A stretch of 64,000 nt of DNA, taken from Chitinophagaceae bacterium T5-Br10_B2g13. GTDB lineage: Bacteria; Bacteroidota; Rhodothermia; Balneolales; Balneolaceae. The DNA lies in contig LKNA01000004.1 in the NCBI GenBank assembly GCA_001564065.1, forward strand, positions 18,790 to 82,789, read 5' to 3'. Made by a program: the position numbers and the translations under genes. The notes under the pieces are model-generated. The model ran no database searches, was not told where the DNA came from, and saw only the letters and a program-made list of their open reading frames with translations. Positions 10,072 to 19,922 of this stretch are shown piece after piece (position 1 is the stretch's first letter; the number at the start of each line of letters is the position of its first letter).

Positions 10072-11076
10072 ATGGCTGAAACAAATTATTCATCTTCTGT
10101 TGATGCAGTTATTACCTGGGTTGATGGAAGCGATCCGGTACACGCAGAGAAACGTGCAGAAGCTCTAAACAAGCCGGATAATGCTGATGAAAAAAGATTA
10201 TCTACCGGTCATCATAAAACACGATTTCTAGATAACGGAGAGCTCTACTACTCTATCGCTTCGCTGAGAAAGTTTGCCCCCTGGATTCGAAAAATTTTTA
10301 TAGTCACAGATAATCAGGTACCCGACTTTCTTACACCTGAACTGCAGAAGAGGCACAATATTCACATTATTGACCACACCACAATTTTTGATTCGTACGA
10401 ATGGGCGTTACCTACTTTTAACAGCTTAACCATTGAAACTGCAATCTGGCGGATTCCCGGACTTTCCAATCAGTTAATTTATCTCAATGACGATTTTATA
10501 CTAACTGTTCCTGTTAAAATTGATGATTTTTTTCAAAATGGAAGGATAGTTCTTCGGGGTAAATGGAAAAAGGTTATCCACTATAGCCCTGCTCGCATTC
10601 GATTGAATAATCTGTTGAGCCGATTTTTGAAAAGATTTTTTGGAATAACGCGATCACTGAATCTGCTTTTACAAATTCGGTCAGCCCGCTTAGCCGGTTT
10701 TAAAAAGAAGTATTTTTACACGCCACACGTACCGCATCCTATAAAAACTGAGACTGTAAAAAACTTTTACAGCAATCATCAGGGACTTTTTGAGGAGAAT
10801 ATTAGGTACAAATTTCGCAACACAGATCAACACACCCTTCAGTATCTTGCCAACCATCTTGAACTACAAAATGGTAACGCCCAAATACAGCCTCCGGATG
10901 ATGCCTTGATCATTAATGGTGAAACTGATTTTAAATTCATTATTATGAGCAAGATTAAAAAAGTTGAAAGAGGTGATCTGAAATTTTTATGTGTTCAGGG
11001 GTTTGAGGCTATTCAGCCGGAAGCTCAGGAAAAGCTAAACAGACTTCTCAAATCTATGTTCTCGTCCGTTCTATAG
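10072..11076 (+). CDS. Stealth-family sugar-1-phosphate transferase (copy 1)
   Basis: CR1 'VDAVITWVDGSDP'; CR2 'RFLDNGELYYSIASLRKFAPWIR...FNSLTIE...IPGLS...YLNDDF'; CR3 'HVPHP'. Confidence 0.92.
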   Translation: MAETNYSSSVDAVITWVDGSDPVHAEKRAEALNKPDNADEKRLSTGHHKTRFLDNGELYYSIASLRKFAPWIRKIFIVTDNQVPDFLTPELQKRHNIHIIDHTTIFDSYEWALPTFNSLTIETAIWRIPGLSNQLIYLNDDFILTVPVKIDDFFQNGRIVLRGKWKKVIHYSPARIRLNNLLSRFLKRFFGITRSLNLLLQIRSARLAGFKKKYFYTPHVPHPIKTETVKNFYSNHQGLFEENIRYKFRNTDQHTLQYLANHLELQNGNAQIQPPDDALIINGETDFKFIIMSKIKKVERGDLKFLCVQGFEAIQPEAQEKLNRLLKSMFSSVL

Positions 11077-11160
11077 TGTAATTATGATTAACTGCCTTTT
11101 GATTTTTAAACATTTGGTTCTTACAAAAATCTCTACGTATCGATTTTATCTTCTACTAAT

Positions 11161-12159
11161 ATGAATTACAACACATCTGACCATATTGATGCCGTTATTA
11201 CCTGGGTGGATGGAAATGATCCTGAACATCAGAAAAAAAGACAGGAAGTATTACAGCGCTCCGGTAAATCTTCTGAAAGTAAATTACCTACAGGCCGCCT
11301 AAAAACACGGTTTATTGATAATGGTGAGTTAAGATTTTGTATTGCGTCCATTCGAAAGTTTGCTCCGTGGATCAGAAATATCTATTTGGTCACAGATAAT
11401 CAAACTCCCGATTTTTTAACGGAATCTGCAAAAAGTAAGTACAACGTCACGGTGGTGGATCATCGCGACATATTTAAATCGTATGAACACGTACTGCCAA
11501 CCTTCAACAGCAGAACGATTGAAACTGCAATCTGGAGAATTCCCGGTTTAGCCGAACACTTTATCTACTTTAATGACGATTTTGTGCTTACCTCTCCCTT
11601 AAACAGGGATCACTTCTTCAAGAACGGTAAAGTCGTGATCAGAGGCCGATGGAGAAGAGTAGTGAACTATGGAAAATGGCGGTTAAGAATTAACCGAATA
11701 TATAGCAAGCTTGTTAAAAAGTTGTTGGGAATAACGCACTCCATGCACTTGCTCTATCAGATTCGCTCTGCCCAATTAGCCGGGTTTTCAGATCAATATT
11801 ACTATGTTCCGCACGTACCGCATCCGGTTCAAAAAACTGTGCTTGCCGATTTCTTTGAAAAATATCCTGAACTTTTTGAGAAAAATATTCAGTACAAGTT
11901 CAGAGATACAGATCAGTTTTCTGCATTTTATCTTGCTTACCATTTAGAGATAAGCCAGAAAAATGCTCAGTTAATCCCTCCTGATAAAGCGATGATGATT
12001 AACGGGGAAATGGATTTCTCCGGAAAAATAAGCCGTAAAATTAAAGCCGTGGAAAATGGAGAGGTAGAATTTTTATGCATCCAGGGAGTGGAGAAAATCA
12101 AGCCTGAACAAAAAAAGCACTTAATGAAAACATTAAGTGCTTTAACGGAAATTAATTAA
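11161..12159 (+). CDS. Stealth-family sugar-1-phosphate transferase (copy 2)
   Basis: CR1 'IDAVITWVDGNDP'; CR2 'RFIDNGELRFCIASIRKFAPW...IPGLAEHFIYFNDDF'; CR3 'HVPHP'. Colinear paralogue of copy 1. Confidence 0.92.
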   Translation: MNYNTSDHIDAVITWVDGNDPEHQKKRQEVLQRSGKSSESKLPTGRLKTRFIDNGELRFCIASIRKFAPWIRNIYLVTDNQTPDFLTESAKSKYNVTVVDHRDIFKSYEHVLPTFNSRTIETAIWRIPGLAEHFIYFNDDFVLTSPLNRDHFFKNGKVVIRGRWRRVVNYGKWRLRINRIYSKLVKKLLGITHSMHLLYQIRSAQLAGFSDQYYYVPHVPHPVQKTVLADFFEKYPELFEKNIQYKFRDTDQFSAFYLAYHLEISQKNAQLIPPDKAMMINGEMDFSGKISRKIKAVENGEVEFLCIQGVEKIKPEQKKHLMKTLSALTEIN

Positions 12160-12169
12160 CTATTTCTGA

Positions 12170-12754
12170 TTACGCCCTTGCGGCTCTGCGTCTCAAGCTG
12201 TCGAGTAGCGCATCAAATCCACGCTGACGAATTATACTTTGGAACTGTCTGTGATAGGATTCAGCAGTGGATACATCATCAATACTCATATCAGTGATGT
12301 GCCACTCCCCATTTTGAAGTTCCATGTCGTAATCGACAGAAGTTCGAACATTATCCATCTGGGCCATTGTTTTCACCTCAGCATTTCCATTTTCGACTGT
12401 AATATCATTATAAGTCACTTCAGCGCGATAAATATCCAATCTGTTCATGGAGTTATCCCGGATAATGGTAGAAAAAAGCGCGATAAACTCTTCGCGTTCC
12501 TCTTCTGTAATTTCATCGAATGTATCGCCTAGTGCAGTTTGAGACATCGCTCTGAAATCAATCACATCATTAATGATATCTTTTAACCTGTCCCGCTGCT
12601 CCTGCGTATACTCACTGCCTTTAGGACCTAATAGCTCCTTGATCTCTGCATCTCTTTCATCGAGCATTGCACGAATTTCTTCTGCTGTATTCTGTGCCAT
12701 ACCAATATTGAGAAACAGAAACATTGATAATATAAATGTGATGATAGCTTTCAT
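12170..12754 (-). CDS. MlaC/Ttg2D (HpnM-like) periplasmic lipid-binding protein
   Basis: Signal peptide, 'IDFRAMSQTALG' and 'WHITDMSIDDVSTAESYHRQFQSII'. Confidence 0.85.
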   Translation of the reverse strand: MKAIITFILSMFLFLNIGMAQNTAEEIRAMLDERDAEIKELLGPKGSEYTQEQRDRLKDIINDVIDFRAMSQTALGDTFDEITEEEREEFIALFSTIIRDNSMNRLDIYRAEVTYNDITVENGNAEVKTMAQMDNVRTSVDYDMELQNGEWHITDMSIDDVSTAESYHRQFQSIIRQRGFDALLDSLRRRAARA

Positions 12755-12766
12755 TTTTACCCTGTA

Positions 12767-14146
12767 TTAATTTACGCTCAATTGTTTAACGGAAATACCT
12801 GATGCCCTGTAGAGAGCCGCAACCTTTTTATTCAAATCGAACACATTTTGTTTCAATTCAACTCTTAATTCTAATTCTTTTTGCATGGCATTTAGCAGCT
12901 CTTCTACATCTCCAAAACCAATATCGTAGTTCAACTGTTCATGCCGGACCCAATTTCTCGCCGTCGATAACGCTTCTTCTTTCTGTTGCACACGAACTTC
13001 CGCAACGGAAGCTTCCCGATATTTTTCGTTTAACTGAAGATAAATGCCATCCATTACCGCATCTTTCAGGTCACGAACCCGATTGTACTCAATATCTGCC
13101 CGATCTAATTGATTTCTAATCGACCGAAAATTTAGATTTTGTCTGATTCCAAATCCGACAGCAGCGGAAGCGTAATTCGTATTGTTAATAATAAACGGAT
13201 TTGTCTGGCGGGGTCTGTTGGGTGTATTGGCAAAACTACCTGATATGCCCAGAAAAAGTGCCGGGTATTGTTGTGCCTTCACCGCATCTTTCCCCTTACC
13301 CAGTGCTTCAATACCGGCATCAACACCTTTAAGCTCTGGTCTGTTAGTAACTGCCTGCTGTTGATAATAATCGTACGCCTGAAGATCAAAAGCTACCGGA
13401 TCCAGAAAACTTTCCTGGGGTTCATATACTACCCGAGCATCCGCTCCGGTAATGTAGTTCCAAATACGGTTGATAGACGCCAGACTCTGTTCCACCTCTT
13501 TACGCTGAACCTGAAACTCCGTTTTAAATATTTCAAATTTAAATACATCTGCTTCCTTTAAGTCCGGATCGCCCTCCTCCTGCATTCGTTCGATTTGTCG
13601 TTCAACCTGGGCTACCTGATCTTCGGCATCAGCTAAAATTCTTGACACTTCCTGAGCCAGCAGGTAGCTGTGGTATAGCTCAAACAACTGTACTTCAGCC
13701 TCTGCTGTAACAGCATCAAATTGATACTCTGCTGCCCTCGCGCCTGCCTCTGCAGCAGCAATGGCATTATTTATAGCACCCCAGCTATATACAGGTTGGA
13801 TAGCGCTAATCTCTGCTCTCGTAAATATAGCCCAGTCTTCCCAGTCATTCGACAGATTGGGGTCTAAATAGTACTCCCCTTCTGAAAGTCCATCCACATT
13901 ACTTTTAACTCCGGGGACAATCCCATGTTGAGAATTAAATTCAATTCGGGGAAGAACTCTCTGGTTTCTGGCCTGATCTACCCGATTTGCTGAAAGATCT
14001 ACAGAATGTCTTTCATAAGCTACCTGGCCTGATCTTTCCAAACCGATAGAAATAAATTCAGATAAATTTACCTTTAGCGTGTCTTGTGCAAATGCAGAAG
14101 TATGAATTAGAATCCAAAACGTAACAATAAAAAGTATTCGACTCAC
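12767..14146 (-). CDS. TolC-family outer-membrane efflux protein
   Basis: Signal peptide, two repeated coiled-coil/beta units, 'QPVYSWG' and 'NRPEL'. Confidence 0.85.
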   Translation of the reverse strand: MSRILFIVTFWILIHTSAFAQDTLKVNLSEFISIGLERSGQVAYERHSVDLSANRVDQARNQRVLPRIEFNSQHGIVPGVKSNVDGLSEGEYYLDPNLSNDWEDWAIFTRAEISAIQPVYSWGAINNAIAAAEAGARAAEYQFDAVTAEAEVQLFELYHSYLLAQEVSRILADAEDQVAQVERQIERMQEEGDPDLKEADVFKFEIFKTEFQVQRKEVEQSLASINRIWNYITGADARVVYEPQESFLDPVAFDLQAYDYYQQQAVTNRPELKGVDAGIEALGKGKDAVKAQQYPALFLGISGSFANTPNRPRQTNPFIINNTNYASAAVGFGIRQNLNFRSIRNQLDRADIEYNRVRDLKDAVMDGIYLQLNEKYREASVAEVRVQQKEEALSTARNWVRHEQLNYDIGFGDVEELLNAMQKELELRVELKQNVFDLNKKVAALYRASGISVKQLSVN

Positions 14147-14244
14147 TGTACAATTATTCTTTGTGTGATTTTTGACCTAAACGGATAAACTAGTTCTTTA
14201 TTTACTTTGAAATACAATTCATTTCTACAGTATAAAATCTAAAT

Positions 14245-14279
14245 AAAAAAAGCCTCTTTAAACTTAATTAAAGAGGCTT
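14245..14279 (-). terminator. Terminator of the atp/tRNA-Ser transcript
   Basis: Stem AAGCCTCTTTAA...TTAAAGAGGCTT followed by a T-run on the minus strand. Confidence 0.85.
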
Positions 14280-14289
14280 GAAATAAAAG

Positions 14290-14374
14290 CGGAGGGAGAG
14301 GGATTCGAACCCCCGGAGACTTGCGCCTCAACGGTTTTCAAGACCGCCGCATTCGACCACTCTGCCATCCCTCC
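14290..14374 (-). tRNA. tRNA-Ser (anticodon TGA)
   Basis: Reverse complement GGAGGGATGGCAGAGTGGTCGAATGCGGCGGTCTTGAAAACCGTTGAGGCGCAAGTCTCCGGGGGTTCGAATCCCTCTCCCTCCG: long variable arm, TTCGAAT T-loop, G discriminator. CCA is not encoded. Confidence 0.97.
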
Positions 14375-14376
14375 GT

Positions 14377-15267
14377 TTATGCATCTTCAAGTGCCGCAGC
14401 ACCGGAAACAATCTCGGAAATTTCGGTCGTAATTGCACTTTGACGAGCCTGATTGTATTTCAGTTTAAGCTCATCTTTAAGCTCTTTAGCATTTTCTGTA
14501 GCATTATCCATTGCAGCCATTCGTGCACCTTGTTCAGATGCATTAGATTCTAAGACTGCTCTCCACAGCTGCATATTCAAATGAACAGGCAATAATTCAT
14601 TAAGAATCGTTGCGCCATCAGGCTCGTAAATATAATCAATTTCATTCAGATTTGAAGAATTTTCTTCTTCAAACTGATCCGTTTCTAATGGCAAAACTTC
14701 ATCAACCAAACGATTTTGAGAAAGTACAGACTTAAACTCATTAAAGGCAACCAAAACTTTGTCGTAACGGCCATCCATGAACTTTTCCGTAGCTTCTATC
14801 ATGATGGATGATGTTTTTTCGTAGTTCAGATCATCGAAAAAACCAACATGAGTATCAACAACGTTGTAATTTCTCTTTTTGAAGTAACCGTCGGCTTTGC
14901 GGCCAACCGTTATTAATTCAAGTTTTCCGTTCTCATGATATTCAGAATATTTACTGGAAATATCCTGTTCAACCAGTTTAAAGAGATTGTTATTGAATCC
15001 CCCACAAAGACCACGATCGGAACCAATCACAATCATTAAGATCTTATCAACTTCGTCCGGTTTTCTGAGTATAGGATTACTGCTATCTGCTCCGGATATA
15101 AGTCTGGATACGACCTCACGCATTTTTTGAGCGTAAGGCCTGGTAGAGATAATACGCTGTTGAGCTTTCCTCAACTTCGCTGCCGCAACCATCTTCATGG
15201 CTTTGGTAATTTGCTGAGTATTCTCAATAGAAGAAATTCTATTTCGTATATCGCGCAGATTAGCCAT
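14377..15267 (-). CDS. atpG: ATP synthase F1 gamma subunit
   Basis: '[13 protein letters not shown]', 'DRGLCG' and '[14 protein letters not shown]'. Confidence 0.98.
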   Translation of the reverse strand: MANLRDIRNRISSIENTQQITKAMKMVAAAKLRKAQQRIISTRPYAQKMREVVSRLISGADSSNPILRKPDEVDKILMIVIGSDRGLCGGFNNNLFKLVEQDISSKYSEYHENGKLELITVGRKADGYFKKRNYNVVDTHVGFFDDLNYEKTSSIMIEATEKFMDGRYDKVLVAFNEFKSVLSQNRLVDEVLPLETDQFEEENSSNLNEIDYIYEPDGATILNELLPVHLNMQLWRAVLESNASEQGARMAAMDNATENAKELKDELKLKYNQARQSAITTEISEIVSGAAALEDA

Positions 15268-15270
15268 CTT

Positions 15271-16887
15271 TTAATCCTCAGAAACTGCTAAAAGTTGATC
15301 TATTGTACTCTCTGCTGTAGCTAATACTTCGCCACCGAATGTATCGTCCAACACACCGGTATCGGCCAGATTTTTCATTTGAGCTGAATATTTAGCTCCC
15401 ATGGTTTCAAGGAACATCTTCTCAAATTTTCTAATTTGATTTACAGCAAGTTTCTCAAACAATCCTTCACTGTTCACTTTAAGCAGTACAATTTGCTGTT
15501 CAACAGGCAGAGGCTTGTACTCACCCTGCTTCATCAGCTCAACGGTACGCTCACCTCTCTTAAGTTGTTTTTGCGTCGCTGCATCCAAATCTGATCCAAA
15601 CTTGGCAAAAGCTTCAAGCTCACGATACTGAGCCAGATCAAGCTTAAGTGTACCCGACAGTTTCTTCATCGATTTAACCTGAGCAGAACCACCCACACGA
15701 GATACGGAAATACCCACGTCAATAGCCGGACGCACACCGGAGTTAAACAGGTCTGTATCCAGGAAGATCTGACCGTCAGTAATTGAAATTACGTTTGTTG
15801 GAATATAAGCAGATACGTCACCTGCTTGTGTTTCAATAACAGGAAGTGCCGTTAATGAACCACCGCCTTTTAATTTAGGCTTCAGTTCTTCCGGAACGTT
15901 GTTCATCAAACCGGCAACGTCGTCATTATTAATAATCTTGGCTGCACGTTCTAGTAAACGGCTATGCAGGTAAAACACATCACCCGGATACGCTTCACGT
16001 CCGGGAGGCCTTCTCAGCAGAAGGGAAAGTTCACGATAAGCTACGGCCTGTTTTGAAAGATCATCATAAATAACAAGTGCATGACGACCCGTATCACGGA
16101 AATATTCTCCGATAGCCGCACCGGCAAAGGGAGCAATGTAACGCATTGGAGCTGAAGAACTAGCCGGTGCAGATACAACAACTGTATAATCGAGTGCACC
16201 GTGCTCTTTAAGTGTATTTACAATGGAAGCAACAGTTGAGCCTTTTTGACCAACAGCAACATAAATACAAAATACCGGATTATCTGTATCCTGAGTATGC
16301 TTTTGATTGATGATCGTATCTAAAGCAATCGCTGTTTTACCGGTCTGTCTGTCACCAATAATCAATTCACGCTGACCGCGGCCAATGGGTATCAGTGAGT
16401 CAATCGGCTTGATACCGGTTTGGAGAGGTTCGGTAACCGGTTCCCGATAAATAACACCGGGGGCTTTTCTTTCCAGCGGAAGATCAATGGTTTCTCCTGC
16501 AATGGAACCGTTTCCATCAAGAGGACGACCCAGCGGATCGATTACCCGTCCTAAAAGTCCTTCACCAACTGAAAGAGAAGCAATTTTCTTTGTTCTCTTT
16601 ACGGTGTGGCCCTCTTCAACAGAATCAGATGCTCCAAAAAGAACGATACCTACGTTATCTTCCTCAAGGTTCAGTACCATTCCCCGAACAGGATTTCCAT
16701 CTCTGTCTTTTGAATCCGGTAACTCCACCAATTCACCGGCCTGTATTTTAGAGAGGCCATAAGCGCGGGCAATACCATCGCCAACCTCAAGTACAGTACC
16801 TACATCGTAAGTGTCAGTGTCATTACTGAAACCTGTGAGTTGTTTTTTTAAAATAGCCGAAACTTCGTCAGGTTTGACTTGACTCAT
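15271..16887 (-). CDS. atpA: ATP synthase F1 alpha subunit
   Basis: Walker A 'GDRQTGKT' and '[23 protein letters not shown]'. Confidence 0.99.
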   Translation of the reverse strand: MSQVKPDEVSAILKKQLTGFSNDTDTYDVGTVLEVGDGIARAYGLSKIQAGELVELPDSKDRDGNPVRGMVLNLEEDNVGIVLFGASDSVEEGHTVKRTKKIASLSVGEGLLGRVIDPLGRPLDGNGSIAGETIDLPLERKAPGVIYREPVTEPLQTGIKPIDSLIPIGRGQRELIIGDRQTGKTAIALDTIINQKHTQDTDNPVFCIYVAVGQKGSTVASIVNTLKEHGALDYTVVVSAPASSSAPMRYIAPFAGAAIGEYFRDTGRHALVIYDDLSKQAVAYRELSLLLRRPPGREAYPGDVFYLHSRLLERAAKIINNDDVAGLMNNVPEELKPKLKGGGSLTALPVIETQAGDVSAYIPTNVISITDGQIFLDTDLFNSGVRPAIDVGISVSRVGGSAQVKSMKKLSGTLKLDLAQYRELEAFAKFGSDLDAATQKQLKRGERTVELMKQGEYKPLPVEQQIVLLKVNSEGLFEKLAVNQIRKFEKMFLETMGAKYSAQMKNLADTGVLDDTFGGEVLATAESTIDQLLAVSED

Positions 16888-16907
16888 TTGTTATCCTAAA
16901 TAATTTT

Positions 16908-17453
16908 TTATTCTACTGATGCTGCTGTAAAAGATTTTTCCAGCTGACTTAATTTGTGCTTCACCGAACCGTTAATAATTGTATCATCGATCCGGACTGT
17001 TAGTCCACCTAAAAGTTCTTCTCGAACTAATAAATCCATTTGAACTTTTTTCCCGGTATACGACTCTAAAATGCCGGTAAGTTTTTTCACTTCTTTCTCA
17101 TCCAGCTCATATGCTGTATAAACCTCAACATCAATAATACCGTGATGTATTTTATAAAGCGAGATATATGAAAGAGTAATATCGTGAAGCAATTTCTCCC
17201 GGTTTTTTTCCACCAGAAGATCAATCAAGTTCATCGTAACTTGTTGAATTTTGCCTTTAAATATCTCTTTCAGCGCACTTTCTTTAATAGATTTTTTTAT
17301 CAATGGGCTTCTGAGAAATAATTTCAAATCACGTGATTCTTCAATCGTTTGATCGAGAAGAATCATGTCTTCTTTTATTTCATCGAGCTTATTTGATTCA
17401 ATGCCAAGATCAAGTAGTGCCCTGGCATAGCGCTTTGCCGCTTTAGATGTCAT
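16908..17453 (-). CDS. atpH: ATP synthase F1 delta subunit
   Basis: 'AKRYARAL' and 'LLGGLTVRIDDTIINGSV'; position in the operon. Confidence 0.96.
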   Translation of the reverse strand: MTSKAAKRYARALLDLGIESNKLDEIKEDMILLDQTIEESRDLKLFLRSPLIKKSIKESALKEIFKGKIQQVTMNLIDLLVEKNREKLLHDITLSYISLYKIHHGIIDVEVYTAYELDEKEVKKLTGILESYTGKKVQMDLLVREELLGGLTVRIDDTIINGSVKHKLSQLEKSFTAASVE

Positions 17454-17456
17454 CGG

Positions 17457-17975
17457 TTAATTTTTCTTGTTGAGATCATTGAGGAATGATTCTACCAGCT
17501 TCTTGTTCTTCTTTTGATCGAGTTCTGCTTCTATAATCATAGAGGCAGCTTCGATAGCCAGAGAAGAGACTTCTTTTCTCAATTCAAGCATTGCACTTTT
17601 CTTCTCCTGCTCAATAGCAGTTCGTGCATCCTGAATTAATTTATCCGCTTCTTTTCTTGTTTTCTCGATCTTTTCAGAACGTAATAATTCTGCGTCTTCA
17701 ATTGCCTCTTTTCGAATTTTCTGGGCCTGTATTTCAGCCTCTTTCAGAGCTTTCTCGTTATCTTTCGATATCTGTTCAGCCCTGGCAATTGCTTTCTCAG
17801 CAGATTCCAGAGAATCCTTAATTCGGGTCTCCCGCTCATCGAGTGCTTTCATGATGGGGGGAACCAAGAATTTTTGCATTAACACCAGAAATACCACTGT
17901 TGAGATTAACACCCAAATGGCAAATCCTGTATCAAATGAAAGGAGTCCTCCCCCACCCGCTAAGAAATAGTGCAT
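17457..17975 (-). CDS. atpF: ATP synthase Fo subunit b
   Basis: N-terminal TM, then 'PIMKALDERE' and a coiled coil. Confidence 0.96.
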   Translation of the reverse strand: MHYFLAGGGGLLSFDTGFAIWVLISTVVFLVLMQKFLVPPIMKALDERETRIKDSLESAEKAIARAEQISKDNEKALKEAEIQAQKIRKEAIEDAELLRSEKIEKTRKEADKLIQDARTAIEQEKKSAMLELRKEVSSLAIEAASMIIEAELDQKKNKKLVESFLNDLNKKN

Positions 17976-17994
17976 AGTGATGGTTATTTATAAA

Positions 17995-18216
17995 TTATTG
18001 ACCAACACCGAGAGCAAGCAGAATACAAACAATCGCACCAATCAGGGCAACACCCTCAATAAATACGGATGTAAGAAGCATAGCACCGCGGATATCATCA
18101 GCAGCTTCTGGTTGTCTTGCGATACTTTCTGTGGCACTTTTACCAATCATACCGATACCGAATGCGGCAGCAAGTGCAATGATTCCGGCTCCAAAGCCTG
18201 CAGCTATAAAACTCAT
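17995..18216 (-). CDS. atpE: ATP synthase Fo subunit c
   Basis: 'ARQPE' loop and catalytic Glu in 'FIEGVAL'. It lacks the Na+-binding ES/T motif, so it is probably H+-coupled. Confidence 0.97.
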   Translation of the reverse strand: MSFIAAGFGAGIIALAAAFGIGMIGKSATESIARQPEAADDIRGAMLLTSVFIEGVALIGAIVCILLALGVGQ

Positions 18217-18241
18217 AATTATTTGATGTTTTTAGTAGTTA

Positions 18242-19297
18242 TTATTGATTTATTTCTACGCCTTTTGCGTGTGCAACTGACGTATCGTGTTCATGATGAT
18301 GCTCCTCTGTAGCCATACCAATAAATACGGCTGAAAGAAGAGTAAAGACATATGCTTGAATGAGAGCGACTAACGCTTTCAAAAAGTAGAGCGCTGCGGT
18401 TAACAGCACCCAAAAGATACTGGAACTAACGCCAATTGCCGCCCCAAAAAGATCAGTAAATATAAAAATCAGTCCAAGGATACTTACAATCATGATTTTG
18501 CCGGCCAGCATATTTGCAAAAAGACGTATGGCAAGCGCAAAAGGCTTGGTAAACAACCCCAGAATCTCTACCGGGGTAAGAATAATAAGCGCCCATTTTG
18601 GCACACCGGGAAAAGCAAAAACATGCTGCCAGTGATCTTTTGTTCCACTAAACTGAGTTATAAAAAATGTTATTGCCGCCAACGTTGCAGTTACAGTTAA
18701 ATTAGCCGTTGCAGCAGCTCCCCAAGGCAATAGCCCAAAAAGATTCAAGAAGGTAATGGCCATAAAAATAGAGAACAGATACGGAACATACCTTTTGTAT
18801 TTATTTTCAGGAATAAACTCTTTAGCAACCTGATCACGTATAAATACAAATATCACTTCAAATACATTATGCCAGCCCCCCCTTGGCTCAGTCTCCCCTC
18901 CAATACCTCTTTTATACTTGGAAGATGCCCATAAAGTAATCAAAAGTGACAAGACTATACCAAACCAAACAAAGATCAAGTGAGAGGTGATCGACATATC
19001 CAGTGTAATCTCAGCCCCATCGGATCGCACAAGACCCGCCTCTTCGAGCTGCATAAATTCACCGGACTCAACTGCAGACTTTGTGTTAGCGTAAAAATAC
19101 CAACTTCCATCAACAAGCAGAATTCTGGGCAAATAGATCTTAGCCCCCGGCACTTCAATATAGTCGTGATTCAATGCCTTACCAACCACATCCAACGATC
19201 CATCAGAGCTCTCTTCAACATCAGAAGCCAGAACATGGGGGTTAATAGCAAACAATAAAAGAATAGTGATGGATAAACGACGCAAGTATCGACTCAT
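18242..19297 (-). CDS. atpB: ATP synthase Fo subunit a
   Basis: 'KPFALAIRLFANM' and 'QAYVFTLLS', with a Bacteroidota-type N-terminal extension. Confidence 0.97.
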   Translation of the reverse strand: MSRYLRRLSITILLLFAINPHVLASDVEESSDGSLDVVGKALNHDYIEVPGAKIYLPRILLVDGSWYFYANTKSAVESGEFMQLEEAGLVRSDGAEITLDMSITSHLIFVWFGIVLSLLITLWASSKYKRGIGGETEPRGGWHNVFEVIFVFIRDQVAKEFIPENKYKRYVPYLFSIFMAITFLNLFGLLPWGAAATANLTVTATLAAITFFITQFSGTKDHWQHVFAFPGVPKWALIILTPVEILGLFTKPFALAIRLFANMLAGKIMIVSILGLIFIFTDLFGAAIGVSSSIFWVLLTAALYFLKALVALIQAYVFTLLSAVFIGMATEEHHHEHDTSVAHAKGVEINQ

Positions 19298-19321
19298 GTT
19301 AGATTTTAACGTTTTACCCGG

Positions 19322-19705
19322 CTAGTCAGAGAGTTTTTGGTTTAAAAATATCACTTCGATTACAGAATTCAGAATATACGAAATTATAAAACTAACAGTA
19401 AAGCTCAATTCATCAATTTCTGTCAGAATTAATATTAGAACAAATAAAACACTCACTACTGCTAACCTGACAAAAAATCCGTAGTAATAACGCTTCATGA
19501 ATTTTTTACTGAGAGAGCTCTTATGGGTGAAAAGAGACATGCTAAGGTGAAGTATAACTGTAACAAAACCAACAGAATACCCCGCCAAAAACCCTGTAGT
19601 TGCTTTACCCGGCAAAAAAAATCCAATTATAAAAAACAGGGTGGCAAACAGCAGTGCTGTTTTTACAAGTTTTTTTTCAAATGATGAATCAAAGACGTTG
19701 CTCAA
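19322..19705 (-). CDS. atpI: ATP synthase protein I-like membrane protein
   Basis: Four TM segments immediately upstream of atpB. Confidence 0.7.
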   Translation of the reverse strand: MSNVFDSSFEKKLVKTALLFATLFFIIGFFLPGKATTGFLAGYSVGFVTVILHLSMSLFTHKSSLSKKFMKRYYYGFFVRLAVVSVLFVLILILTEIDELSFTVSFIISYILNSVIEVIFLNQKLSD

Positions 19706-19709
19706 AACT

Positions 19710-19922
19710 TCAATTTTTACTGGTATCCCGAATCACTTTTACAAAGATATTGATCATTAGAATCACCCCTAAAAAGATACCGGCCAATATACCCCAGGGA
19801 TATACTTCATATTTCCGGTCGATCCAGTACCCAATTAAAATCGGCACCGAAAATACCACCGCTATCTCTGTACCTAAAGACAGATAGGGAAGATATTTTT
19901 TAAACCGAGGGCTATTGATCAA
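19710..19922 (-). CDS. AtpZ/AtpI family small membrane protein
   Basis: 'GYWIDRKY...PWGILAGIFLG', two TM segments. Confidence 0.85.
   Translation of the reverse strand: MINSPRFKKYLPYLSLGTEIAVVFSVPILIGYWIDRKYEVYPWGILAGIFLGVILMINIFVKVIRDTSKN

Noticed and set aside
17995-18216. Possible Na+-translocating ATP synthase in a probably halophilic lineage
   Set aside because: Subunit c has 'IEGV' and lacks the Q/E...ES(T) Na+-binding set.
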